Shown: piece by piece, positions 40,019 to 49,845 of the stretch
How the letters are laid out: the number at the start of each line of letters is the position of its first letter
How positions within the stretch are numbered: the first letter of the stretch is position 1
Assembly (NCBI RefSeq): GCF_035594765.1
Contig: NC_085842.1
Span: forward strand, 291,695,749 to 291,759,748
DNA: 64,000 nt
Reading direction: 5' to 3'
Source of the DNA: Anolis carolinensis
Lineage: Eukaryota
Program-made: the position numbers and the translations under genes
The notes under the pieces: model-generated
Told to the model about the DNA's origin: nothing
Databases searched by the model: none
Seen by the model: only the letters and a program-made list of their open reading frames with translations

Positions 40019-41917
40019 TGGTGCATACTATGCATTTCATAGTAGTCTGAAAACTTAAATATACCAGGCTTTTTCTGATATTCAAAAGTGCTAAAATAAA
40101 GACAAACAGGCAAAGCAATGGGGCGGGTCACTGCAAACTGCTAAAGCTGATTCAACCCTTCGAATCACCAAGTAGCTTGAAATCCTGGATAACTCCTGAC
40201 AATCAATGCATTGCTGACACACATCTGCATGTGCAAAGTTTCCATCACATGTGCCCTGTACAGGACTAGAACCTGCTGCCAGGATGCCTGAATTTATTTT
40301 AGCCTCTTTGAGTGCCTGAAATAAAGCAACAGCTCATGACAAATGCACCTTTCCCTCTTAAGTCAGAAGTAGCCAACTTCAATGAATTCAGCAGAGAATT
40401 TCTTGGCCTGAGCCTCTCTGGTGGTCAAACAGAAGCCTTGAAACCTGGCTGGGAAAGAACAGCATCCTTTTATATATATATAATACTCTCATCTATTCCA
40501 GAAACCTTGCTTTTCTTTAAGCTCATGTTCTGATGTAGGATACATTTTCACTGAAGTATGAACTAGTTATTAGAGTGCTGAGACAGCGGTTTCAAAGCTA
40601 ACAAGAAGCCTGAGCCGAATCTCTGTGTTTTAGGTGTGTGAAAAGGAATGTGTCAAAGGTCATTCCTACTTTAAAGCCAAACAGTGCAATTGAATGAAAG
40701 AGACAGGTTTTCGTTCTGTGGCTGTAACTGATGTGTGCTTTAGTTTAAAAAAAAAACCCCTTAACACATTTTTAATAGCGTGTTCTGAAGAACCAACAAC
40801 GTTTTAAGTCCATCTTGGTCTTCCTTTCAAAAGGTGTTCTCCCTTCTTCTTCAAACATTCATTTCATATTGTAGTTCAAGGTTTATGAAATAATCCCTCC
40901 CCTCCCCCAGCAATGGCTTGATTTTCAAATAGTGAAGAAACTGGAAAGCAACTAATTTTGAGAAATTTCAAAGAACTGAGAATTTGCATGTCTCTATGCT
41001 CAAAAGGTTAAAATATTAGATAAATTGGGTGCCAAGATCTGTGAAACTGATTGTGGAGAAAAGAAAACAAAAGGATAAAATTCTTTTATAACATCTCAGC
41101 TTTGGCACTGCTAGCAGAAGTATTGGTTGGCCTATATACGTGAAAAATAGTATCTGGCCAGCAATAATTCTCTCTAAAGTGTCTTTCGAAGAAACCTACT
41201 AGCATATTTTTGAAACGTGTATTGATCTCTTCCTAGGGTGCCAGAAGGGAGTTCTAACATATCCATTTCAGGGCAAGGAATCCAGGGTAAAAAGCTGTTG
41301 TGCTTTAAAAACAATGCAGGGCTCTGAGTGTCTCCGGGGCACTGCTGTTGGTGGTGCTCGTAGGAGCCACGTAAGAACACTTCAATCGCCAAGCTGTGAG
41401 ATCAATTTTTTTGTATCAAGAGAATATTTTCACAAGGAGGAGCATGATTGCCGGTTCCCTGCCACTGCATTTAAATTTGTACAATCGTTTTTAAAATTCC
41501 TGGGACATAGACTGTATTGTCAGTGCATGAATAATAAGGAAGGAGCAGAGTGCAGAAGAGCCCCGCAACTCAAAGAGACAGTATCTCTTCTGCCGTTCCT
41601 TGTGATTTTCAGGAAAACTACTCCATAGTACCAGATCTTCTAAACCAGCATGGGAGGAGGGTGGCAGGGAAAGAACTGTTGAGCAAAGGAGGAATAACCA
41701 GAAATAAATCTCCCCTCTCTCATTGTTTTGGATTATATCACACTAATCTGCTTAACCCAGTAACAGGTGCATACTGGGTTGAATACATTTGATGCTACAA
41801 ATCCCTTTAATAGTATAATTTTGCCAATTCACCATTACATGGGCCCGTAATCATACTTTCACGCAGAAATAGAAGAAAAGATAGGTGATAGGAACATTAC
41901 AGGATTGAGAACTAGGT

Positions 41918-42172
41918 TAAGGTAAAAGTTTTCCCCCAACATTAAGTCTAGTCATGTCCGACTCTGGGAGTTGGTGATCATCTCCATTTCTAAGCCGAAG
42001 AGCCGATGTTGTCCGTAGACACCTCCAAGGTCATGACCGGCATGACTGCATGGAATGCCGTTGCCTTTCCACCGGAGTGGTACCTATTGATCTACTCACA
42101 TTTGCTTGTTTTCGACCTGCTGGGTTGGCAGAAGCTGGGGCTAACAGCGGGAGCTCACTCCACTCCCTGGAT
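41918..42172 (-). mobile_element. Sauria SINE, 5'-truncated
   Basis: Tail and body present, head missing. Confidence 0.85.
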
Positions 42173-42420
42173 TGTGTACTATTGATGCAAAGTTCAAAGT
42201 GCTGGTAACAATCCATAGAGCCCTATATTGCCCAAGCTATTTAAATGATCATATCACCCTTTCTCTTTGTCCCACCACTTTGTCATGCTTGTTTGGTAGG
42301 AATAAGAGAGAGATTCCTCCTTCCCAAGGGATGCTAGGAAAGGTCTTTCGTTTTTCTCAAATGAAAACATACTTTTGTCATTAAGCTTTTAGAAATTGAT
42401 TGAAATAGGCTTTGAATGGT
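42172..42420 (+). mobile_element. L2 LINE 3' fragment
   Basis: FKVLVTIHRALY.PSYL.DHI and KTY.F..AF resemble the L2 ORF2 C-terminus. Confidence 0.6.
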
Positions 42421-43502
42421 GTGGGGTGCTGTTGGTATGACCACATTTATTTATTTATTTTATTTCCACGGGAGATAAATAAATATCCATATCCACAGGA
42501 GATCCATCCCAACACCCCACATGGATACTTGAAATTGTAGATAATAGCAAACCCTGAATTTTTACTATACTTGGACTGGAAGCATACTGAAGAATCAGAC
42601 TAGAGGACTAGAGAGGCCCACAAACACTTTTTGGGGAAATTTATTTTTGGAGCATGGATACTATGGATATCAAATTCATGGATTAGGTGGCTGCACAGTA
42701 CTTTTTAAAGGTATCTTAATGGTTTTAACTTTATAAGTTGTTTAGTTGCTTTTAGAAACAGCTGTTATATTTATATTTTTTATCGATGCATTTGTATAGT
42801 TTTTCATTTGCATTGTTTTAGCAAGTTGTAAGTTACCTTGAGACTCATTATTGGGGAAATGGCATGATAAAAATTAAATATAATAATAAATAAAAATAAA
42901 TACTGAGAGAAGTAATTCATTTCTAAAACATAGCAATATAATATGACCAATCCATATTACCACCATGACCACTTGAGGTTGGCAAACAATCCAAGGTAAA
43001 ATGCATGATTGGGGTACTTCGATTGTACTTGGAGTAGATGACCCATGTGGTCTCTTCCAATGCTATGATTCTATGATCCTATAATTCTATAAAGTTATTT
43101 ATCAAAATGAAATAATTAATATGTTTAATAAAAAAATACAACTGCTTTGCTTTGACATGGCTGAATTGTTTTATTACATTGTGATACAGTAGAGTCTCAC
43201 TTATCCAAGCTAAACAGGCCGGCAGAAGCTTAGATAAGCGAATATCTTGGATAATAAGGAGGGATTAAGGAAAAGCCTATTAAACATCAAATTAGGTTAT
43301 GATTTTACAAATGAAGCACCAAAACATCATGTTAGACAACAAATTTGACAGAAAAAGTAGTTCAGTACACAGTAATGTTATGTTGTAATTACTGTATTTA
43401 TGAATTTAGCACCAAAATATCACGATATATTGAAAACATTGACTACAAAAATGGCTTGGATAATCCAGAAACTTGGATAAGCAAAGTTTGGATAAGTGAG
43501 AC

Positions 43503-44652
43503 TGTCAAGGACAGAACGCCACAAGATTCAAAGTAACAGAGTTTATTAGATTACAGAACTCAAAAATGCCCGTAAAACACAAGGGCCAGGCAGTTTTTGC
43601 CTTTAGGAGCAAAAAGGGGCAAAAGTAAATGTTCAAAAGATAAACCGGATTAAACCGGAGTTTAATCCGGGTAAAAAACAAACTGCTTGCTTCAGCCTGG
43701 GTATAAACGAAACGAAAGCCAAGGAACAAAAGATACAAAGAATGCAACTAATTGGCAGCAGATTCCTCTCTGCTGCCAACACTGTGCTTAGAGTAACTTG
43801 CGTCGCTCCCCCACACACACAGCAGACAGGATCTCCAACACGAGTAAATCAGCCAAGGATTGTAGCAGTTGAGTAGACCAGTTCCGTTCCGTAGATCAAA
43901 GCCAGAAGCAGACGTTTGTAGTTTTTCCAAGTCCAAGAAGGGGGGAAGACAAGCCGTGGTCAGTTCAGTCCGAGTTCTCAAAGCAGGAGATGGCGTCCGT
44001 CAAGAAGACGACGGAAGGTCAAGCTAATAAGAGTAAGCACAGGTTTGCACAAACAAATGCCCACACAATCCCTCCCGCCGTCTGACCCTGGATTCCAATC
44101 AACTTACGTCACAGCACAGGAAAGCACACAAGTCTTCAGGGAAGCGTCCCACACACACACGGATCCCAAGCGTTTGCCCAGATTACCTTGCCCAACGCAA
44201 TTTGCAATTGCTCTCAAGCCCCATTTTATGCCAGTTACAAATCTTCATCACTGTCAGCTGTCCTCCTTAACCCGGGCGTTTCCTCATCACTTTCCTCGTC
44301 AGAGCTGGAACACCTCTGACTACGCCCAACAGCATCTCCAGCTGTGGATCCCGTCCCATCCCTCCAGCTAAACCATGGGTCTAATCCTGAAGGTCCCCAT
44401 TCATCTTCTGTCCCATCATGGCCAGTGGCACCCACTTCCTCCCTTACCCGAGTCCAATCCATCTCATCCTCCTCTGAGCTAACCAGCCCCTCCTCCATTC
44501 TCTCCGTAAACCCTTCGAAAGACTCCTCGTCAGATGGTGCTGCAAATATGTCTCGCAGTCTTTTTCTCTCTCGCTCCTCGAGAGTATCTGACTCTCGAGG
44601 AGTCTTACGCCCACGTCTGTCAGTAACAGAGCCATGAGGCTCAATCATAACA
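43503..44652 (-). repeat. 3' LTR
   Basis: Direct repeat of 48696-49845, preceded on minus by the PPT GAGAGGGGATAG (44664-44653). AATAAA at 43547-43542. Confidence 0.97.
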
Positions 44653-47600
44653 CTATCCCCTCTCACAAAGGCCTCCTCCCCCGATGGCGGAGAAGTGGCA
44701 GTGATACCCTCCGCTATAGCACCACGACGACTAGAGGTATCAAGTTTCAACAGCGAACGATGAAAGACTGGATGGACCTTTAAACTAGACGGTAAACGCA
44801 AACGAAACGCAACAGAAGAAATCTTTTTAACGATAGGAAAGGGACCCAAATACCGAGGCGCAAACTTTCCCCCAGCCTGTTTAATATGTTTGGAAGATAA
44901 CCACACCAAATCCCCTTCTTCCAACTCCTCCCCTGCCTGCCTGTGGCGGTCAGCCTGAGTCTTCTGCGTTGCCTTAGCTTCCAACAGTAAGCGACGGGCA
45001 ACATCATGCAATGCAGCCATTTCCGAAGAGCGGTACACAGGGTCCGAAGAGACCACATTGGTCGACGGCGCCACACCTCCCCGTGGGTGAAAACCATAAG
45101 TTAGCTCAAATGGCGTATGCTGACTAGACGTGTGCACCGCATTGTTGTAAGCAAATTCCGCCACCGGTAACCACTTTACCCAAGCCGTGGGTTGATCTAA
45201 ACAAAAACAACGCAGATACTGCTCTAAGAGCCCATTAACCCGTTCCGACTGTCCATCCGTTTGCGGATGGAAAGCTGAAGACACGTTTAACTTAGTCCCC
45301 AAACACTCATGGAAGTGTTTCCAAAAGCGTGACACAAATTGCGGAGCCCTATCTGAAATAATCACCTCGGGTGCTCCGTGCAAACGATAGATGTGCTTTG
45401 TAAATAGTAAGGCCAACGTAGGGGCCGCCGGAATGGTTGAACAAGGAATAAAATGAGCCAGTTTACTAAATAAATCCACCACCACCCAAATACAAGTATA
45501 ACCCCCAGACTTAGGCAAATCTGAAATAAAATCCATGGAAATGATTTGCCATGGCCTCTCCGGAACAGGTAAAGACGATAACAACCCTCTAGGGCGCCCA
45601 ACAGGCGTCTTACTCTGCTGACAAACGGCGCAGCTGTCACAAAAGCGCAGAATGTCTTGCCGCATCTTTGGCCACCAGTAGCTCCTGGTGATAAGCTGTA
45701 CGGTCTTGAACCTGCCAAAGTGCCCAGCCATGGGTTCGTCATGGTGGGCTCTAATCACCTCCAACCTGAGGGTCCCTACTGGTACGTAAACCTGCCCCCT
45801 ACGCACCAATACCCCGTCTTGATCCTGGAGATGCGGCAGTATGGTACGGTTACCTGCAGAGAGCAGCATCAGTTGCTCCTGAGTCCATACATCATCCTTC
45901 TGAGCCTCAAGGATCTGGTCATGTAACCCAAGCTCATTATCTACAACACACAGAGAGGCAGTAGGCAAGATGGTCTGACATACTACCTGCTCATTGGTCT
46001 TAAATTCCGGCTTGCGGGATAAAGCATCGGCCCGCAAGTTTGCCTTCCCCTCCACGAACTGCACCTTGAAGTTAAACCTGGAGAAAAACAAAGCCCAGCG
46101 GATTTGACGCTGGTTTAACTTCTTTGCTGTTTGCAAGTGTTCTAAGTTCTTGTGATCAGATCTGACCACGATCTGGTGCCGTGCCCCTTCAAGCCAGTGC
46201 CGCCACACCTCAAACGCCACCTTAATCGCCAACAACTCCTTCTCCCATATGGTATAGTTCTGCTCGAAGGGTGTTAGTTGCCGCGAGTAAAATCCACAGG
46301 GACGCAAGGTCCCTGAGGAATCCTTCTGAGACAATACAGCCCCCAACGCGTAGCTAGAAGCGTCCGCTTCTACCACGAACGGTCTGTCAACATCAGGATG
46401 GGTTAGTATGTTGTCCGATTGAAAACTAGACTTTAGTTGTAGAAACGCCTCGTGAGCTTCCCGCCCCCACACAAATGGCTGTTTCTTGCGCAGAAGCTGC
46501 GTCAAAGGTACCGTGAGCTTTGCAAAATTCGGAATAAACTCCCGGTAGTAATTAGCGAAACCCAAGAACCTTTGTACATCCTTCTTAGTCTTCAGCTCCT
46601 GCCATGAGTTGACGGCGTCAACCTTATGTGGGTCCATTTTAAGTTCCCTACCTGACACTACATGACCTAGGAACTCCACTTCAGGCACATGAAAGACGCA
46701 CTTGGAAGCCTTGGCGAAAAGCCCATTAGCCCGCAGTCGGTGCAGAACCTGCTTGACATGTTGACGATGTTCTTTCTCGTCCTTAGAAAAAATCAAGATA
46801 TCATCCAAATAAATCACTAAAAATTGGTCAATTAGGTCCCTGAACACATCGTTCATGAACCTCTGGAATACCGCAGGAGCATTACAAAGCCCAAAAGGCA
46901 TGACTCGGAACTCGTGGCATCCGAAACACGTGTTAAATGCCGTCTTCCATTCATCCCCTTCCCGTATACGGATTAAGTTATAGGCCCCCCGCAGGTCAAG
47001 CTTGGTAAAGACCTTAGCCCCTTGCACCCTTGATAACAGTTCCGAGATTAAAGGCAGCGGGTACCTATCCCGAATGGTGTATTTGTTTAGGATCCGATAA
47101 TCGCAGACCAACCTAAGTTCCCCAGTCTTTTTGGCTACAAAGAATACCGGTGCCGCAGTTGGAGAACTAGATGGGCGAATAAACCCCTTGGCTAAATTTT
47201 CATCTAGAAACTCCCGCAAAGCTTGCCTTTCCGGTACAGTCAAGGCATACAGCCTCCCTGCTGGCAGTTTCGCACCTTCTGCCAACTTGATGGCGCAATC
47301 ATATGGCCTGTGCGGTGGTAATTTGTCCGCTTCTCTTTTACAAAATACATCAGAGAACTCCCCATACTCAACAGGCACTCCCTCCATATCAGAATGAGTA
47401 ACATTTAGAGTGCAACAATCCTGCCTCTTTAAGATCACTTTACGTGTTGCCCAATCTACATGTGGGTTTACTACAGCTAGCCAATCCATCCCCAGGATCA
47501 CATCATATCTAGGCAAGCTCGTAATATCCCACACAAACGTTCCCGTTACTCCCTGCACCTCCCACGTTACTGCTGAGGTTTCATGGTTAACCACCCCAGT

Positions 47601-47858
47601 CTCCAGCAGTCTCCCATCTGCTCCTTCCACCCACACGTCGCATGCCTTGCGCACTCTAGGAATGCCATGCTTCTTAGCAAACTCAATATCTACATAGGAG
47701 ACCGTAGCTCCTGAGTCCAGCAGTGCCAAAGTAGAAACAAGTTCCCTTCCCCCAACAGATAATGTAATGGGTACGAAAACATGCTTCCTCCCCTCAGTTG
47801 ACTGCTTGAGGAGCCCTAGTGCGTTGGACTCACGTCGCACTAGGGCTGGCCTTTTCCC
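44235..47858 (-). CDS. pol: Pol (protease, RT, RNase H, integrase with GPY/F motif and LTR-encoded acidic tail), expressed by -1 frameshift from gag
   Basis: LLDSGAT (PR), MPFGL and YLDDILI (RT), EADAS (RH), HH..GH..CxxC and D..D..E (IN), RYLGPF. Open for about 1200 codons with no stop. The frame is -1 to gag and open through the slippery site. Confidence 0.96.
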   Translation of the reverse strand, partial: GKRPALVRRESNALGLLKQSTEGRKHVFVPITLSVGGRELVSTLALLDSGATVSYVDIEFAKKHGIPRVRKACDVWVEGADGRLLETGVVNHETSAVTWEVQGVTGTFVWDITSLPRYDVILGMDWLAVVNPHVDWATRKVILKRQDCCTLNVTHSDMEGVPVEYGEFSDVFCKREADKLPPHRPYDCAIKLAEGAKLPAGRLYALTVPERQALREFLDENLAKGFIRPSSSPTAAPVFFVAKKTGELRLVCDYRILNKYTIRDRYPLPLISELLSRVQGAKVFTKLDLRGAYNLIRIREGDEWKTAFNTCFGCHEFRVMPFGLCNAPAVFQRFMNDVFRDLIDQFLVIYLDDILIFSKDEKEHRQHVKQVLHRLRANGLFAKASKCVFHVPEVEFLGHVVSGRELKMDPHKVDAVNSWQELKTKKDVQRFLGFANYYREFIPNFAKLTVPLTQLLRKKQPFVWGREAHEAFLQLKSSFQSDNILTHPDVDRPFVVEADASSYALGAVLSQKDSSGTLRPCGFYSRQLTPFEQNYTIWEKELLAIKVAFEVWRHWLEGARHQIVVRSDHKNLEHLQTAKKLNQRQIRWALFFSRFNFKVQFVEGKANLRADALSRKPEFKTNEQVVCQTILPTASLCVVDNELGLHDQILEAQKDDVWTQEQLMLLSAGNRTILPHLQDQDGVLVRRGQVYVPVGTLRLEVIRAHHDEPMAGHFGRFKTVQLITRSYWWPKMRQDILRFCDSCAVCQQSKTPVGRPRGLLSSLPVPERPWQIISMDFISDLPKSGGYTCIWVVVDLFSKLAHFIPCSTIPAAPTLALLFTKHIYRLHGAPEVIISDRAPQFVSRFWKHFHECLGTKLNVSSAFHPQTDGQSERVNGLLEQYLRCFCLDQPTAWVKWLPVAEFAYNNAVHTSSQHTPFELTYGFHPRGGVAPSTNVVSSDPVYRSSEMAALHDVARRLLLEAKATQKTQADRHRQAGEELEEGDLVWLSSKHIKQAGGKFAPRYLGPFPIVKKISSVAFRLRLPSSLKVHPVFHRSLLKLDTSSRRGAIAEGITATSPPSGEEAFVRGDSVMIEPHGSVTDRRGRKTPRESDTLEERERKRLRDIFAAPSDEESFEGFTERMEEGLVSSEEDEMDWTRVREEVGATGHDGTEDEWGPSGLDPWFSWRDGTGSTAGDAVGRSQRCSSSDEESDEETPGLRRTADSDEDL
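47812..47858 (-). promoter_or_regulatory. -1 programmed ribosomal frameshift signal
   Basis: G GGA AAA heptamer (47858-47852) in the gag frame, 4-nt spacer, then a perfect 12-bp stem AGCCCUAGUGCG/CGCACUAGGGCU with a 12-nt loop. The gag stop lies in the stem. Confidence 0.88.
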
Positions 47859-48640
47859 GAAAACTGGGAAGGTTTCACATTACAATTTTTGGCAAAATGC
47901 CCAGCATTCCCACAGTACAAACACAAGCCCAGCTGCCTCCTACGGCTCTTTTCCTCTGTAGACAGCTTTTTAAAGACCCCAAGCTCCATGGGCTCTTCCC
48001 CCATCACCACAGGTGCCCTGGTTACATGCATGGGTGGCGCACACATTGCTTTTGAGTGTTTACGAGCCTCGAACCTTGCGTCTAAACGCAGCACCTTAGC
48101 TACTAAGGCGTCCCAGCTTTCAGCCGGCTCCAAGCGTGCTAATTCATCCTGGAGCATATCACTTAACCCGGCAGTAAATAAAAGCATGAATGCATTTTCC
48201 CCCCAATCCAGCTGGTGGCGATACAGGTTAAACTTATTTAAGTAATCCAAAACAGTCCCCTTTCCCTGTTTCAACCGATACAGAGCCCACCCAGCGTTCT
48301 CCGTGCGGAGAGGATCCCCAAAAGTATCAGTTAACAACTTTTTGAAATTATTCAAATTGTCCTTGACTGGGTCATTTCCCAAAATTAAATTAGTGGCCCA
48401 TTGTCCTGCGGGACCGGTCAACAAACTCAAAATAAAGGCCACCTTGCTAGTGTCTGTAGGAAAAGCATGAGCACTGAGCTGAGAAAAATAAAGCTCCACT
48501 TGTGCCAAAAAGGTTGGCAACTTGCACCTGGTTCCGTCAAAGCGTTCAGGAGTCAAAACATGTCCTTTCACAGCCTGAGCTGTTTGGATAACGGTAAAAG
48601 CCGTTTGCAATTGGTCTACTTTGGCCCTTAACTCATCCAT
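47840..48640 (-). CDS. gag: Gag (266 aa, capsid-like domain plus one CCHC knuckle; PEG10/Sushi-like)
   Basis: PERFDG...FL.Q, KVAFILSLLTGPAGQWA, LKQG..V..Y...F, EEPMELG and CLYCGNAGHFAKNC (CX2CX4HX4C). Confidence 0.95.
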   Translation of the reverse strand: MDELRAKVDQLQTAFTVIQTAQAVKGHVLTPERFDGTRCKLPTFLAQVELYFSQLSAHAFPTDTSKVAFILSLLTGPAGQWATNLILGNDPVKDNLNNFKKLLTDTFGDPLRTENAGWALYRLKQGKGTVLDYLNKFNLYRHQLDWGENAFMLLFTAGLSDMLQDELARLEPAESWDALVAKVLRLDARFEARKHSKAMCAPPMHVTRAPVVMGEEPMELGVFKKLSTEEKSRRRQLGLCLYCGNAGHFAKNCNVKPSQFSGKGQP

Positions 48641-48682
48641 CGTCTTCCTGACGGGTTTATTGCTGCAATAAACTTTTTATGG

Positions 48683-48693
48683 GCGTTGGGCAA
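48683..48693 (-). promoter_or_regulatory. Self-priming primer-binding site
   Basis: TTGCCCAACGC starts 2 nt after the 5' LTR, lacks the TGG of a tRNA PBS, and is exactly complementary to GCGTTGGGCAA at 49391-49381. Confidence 0.85.
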
Positions 48694-48695
48694 TC

Positions 48696-49845
48696 TGTCA
48701 AGGACAGAACGCCACAAGATTCAAAGTAACAGAGTTTATTAGATTACAGAACTCAAAAATGCCCGTAAAACACAAGGGCCAGGCAGTTTTTGCCTTTAGG
48801 AGCAAAAAGGGGCAAAAGTAAATGTTCAAAAGATAAACCGGATTAAACCGGAGTTTAATCCGGGTAAAAAACAAACTGCTTGCTTCAGCCTGGGTATAAA
48901 CGAAACGAAAGCCAAGGAACAAAAGATACAAAGAATGCAACTAATTGGCAGCAGATTCCTCTCTGCTGCCAACACTGTGCTTAGAGTAACTTGCGTCGCT
49001 CCCCCACACACACAGCAGACAGGATCTCCAACACGAGTAAATCAGCCAAGGATTGTAGCAGTTGAGTAGACCAGTTCCGTTCCGTAGATCAAAGCCAGAA
49101 GCAGACGTTTGTAGTTTTTCCAAGTCCAAGAAGGGGGGAAGACAAGCCGTGGTCAGTTCAGTCCGAGTTCTCAAAGCAGGAGATGGCGTCCGTCAAGAAG
49201 ACGACGGAAGGTCAAGCTAATAAGAGTAAGCACAGGTTTGCACAAACAAATGCCCACACAATCCCTCCCGCCGTCTGACCCTGGATTCCAATCAACTTAC
49301 GTCACAGCACAGGAAAGCACACAAGTCTTCAGGGAAGCGTCCCACACACACACGGATCCCAAGCGTTTGCCCAGATTACCTTGCCCAACGCAATTTGCAA
49401 TTGCTCTCAAGCCCCATTTTATGCCAGTTACAAATCTTCATCACTGTCAGCTGTCCTCCTTAACCCGGGCGTTTCCTCATCACTTTCCTCGTCAGAGCTG
49501 GAACACCTCTGACTACGCCCAACAGCATCTCCAGCTGTGGATCCCGTCCCATCCCTCCAGCTAAACCATGGGTCTAATCCTGAAGGTCCCCATTCATCTT
49601 CTGTCCCATCATGGCCAGTGGCACCCACTTCCTCCCTTACCCGAGTCCAATCCATCTCATCCTCCTCTGAGCTAACCAGCCCCTCCTCCATTCTCTCCGT
49701 AAACCCTTCGAAAGACTCCTCGTCAGATGGTGCTGCAAATATGTCTCGCAGTCTTTTTCTCTCTCGCTCCTCGAGAGTATCTGACTCTCGAGGAGTCTTA
49801 CGCCCACGTCTGTCAGTAACAGAGCCATGAGGCTCAATCATAACA
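48696..49845 (-). repeat. 5' LTR
   Basis: TGTTATG...CTTGACA on minus. No difference from the other LTR seen by eye, and all overlapping ORF translations are identical. Confidence 0.97.
49416..49423 (-). promoter_or_regulatory. TATA-like box of the LTR promoter (copy at 44223-44230)
   Basis: CATAAAAT about 30 nt upstream of the predicted +1 (49391). Confidence 0.7.

Larger units (their letters stand above)
43503..49845 (-). mobile_element. Full-length Ty3/Gypsy LTR retrotransposon, Tf1/Sushi-like
   Basis: Two 1150-bp TG...CA direct repeats offset by 5193 bp, 5-bp TSD GAGAC (43498-43502, 49846-49850), intact gag and pol in PR-RT-RH-IN order, PPT present. Confidence 0.98.

Noticed and set aside
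44270-44540. CTGACGA..GAAA strings in the LTR suggesting a hammerhead (retrozyme-like)
   Set aside because: No valid helix II before GAAA in one, and GAAG instead of GAAA in the other. They are explained as Ser-Asp-Glu-Glu codons.
44653-44760. env gene or chromodomain after integrase
   Set aside because: No room for env and no signal peptide or TM segment. No Y.V..I/YLV.W.G chromodomain pattern.
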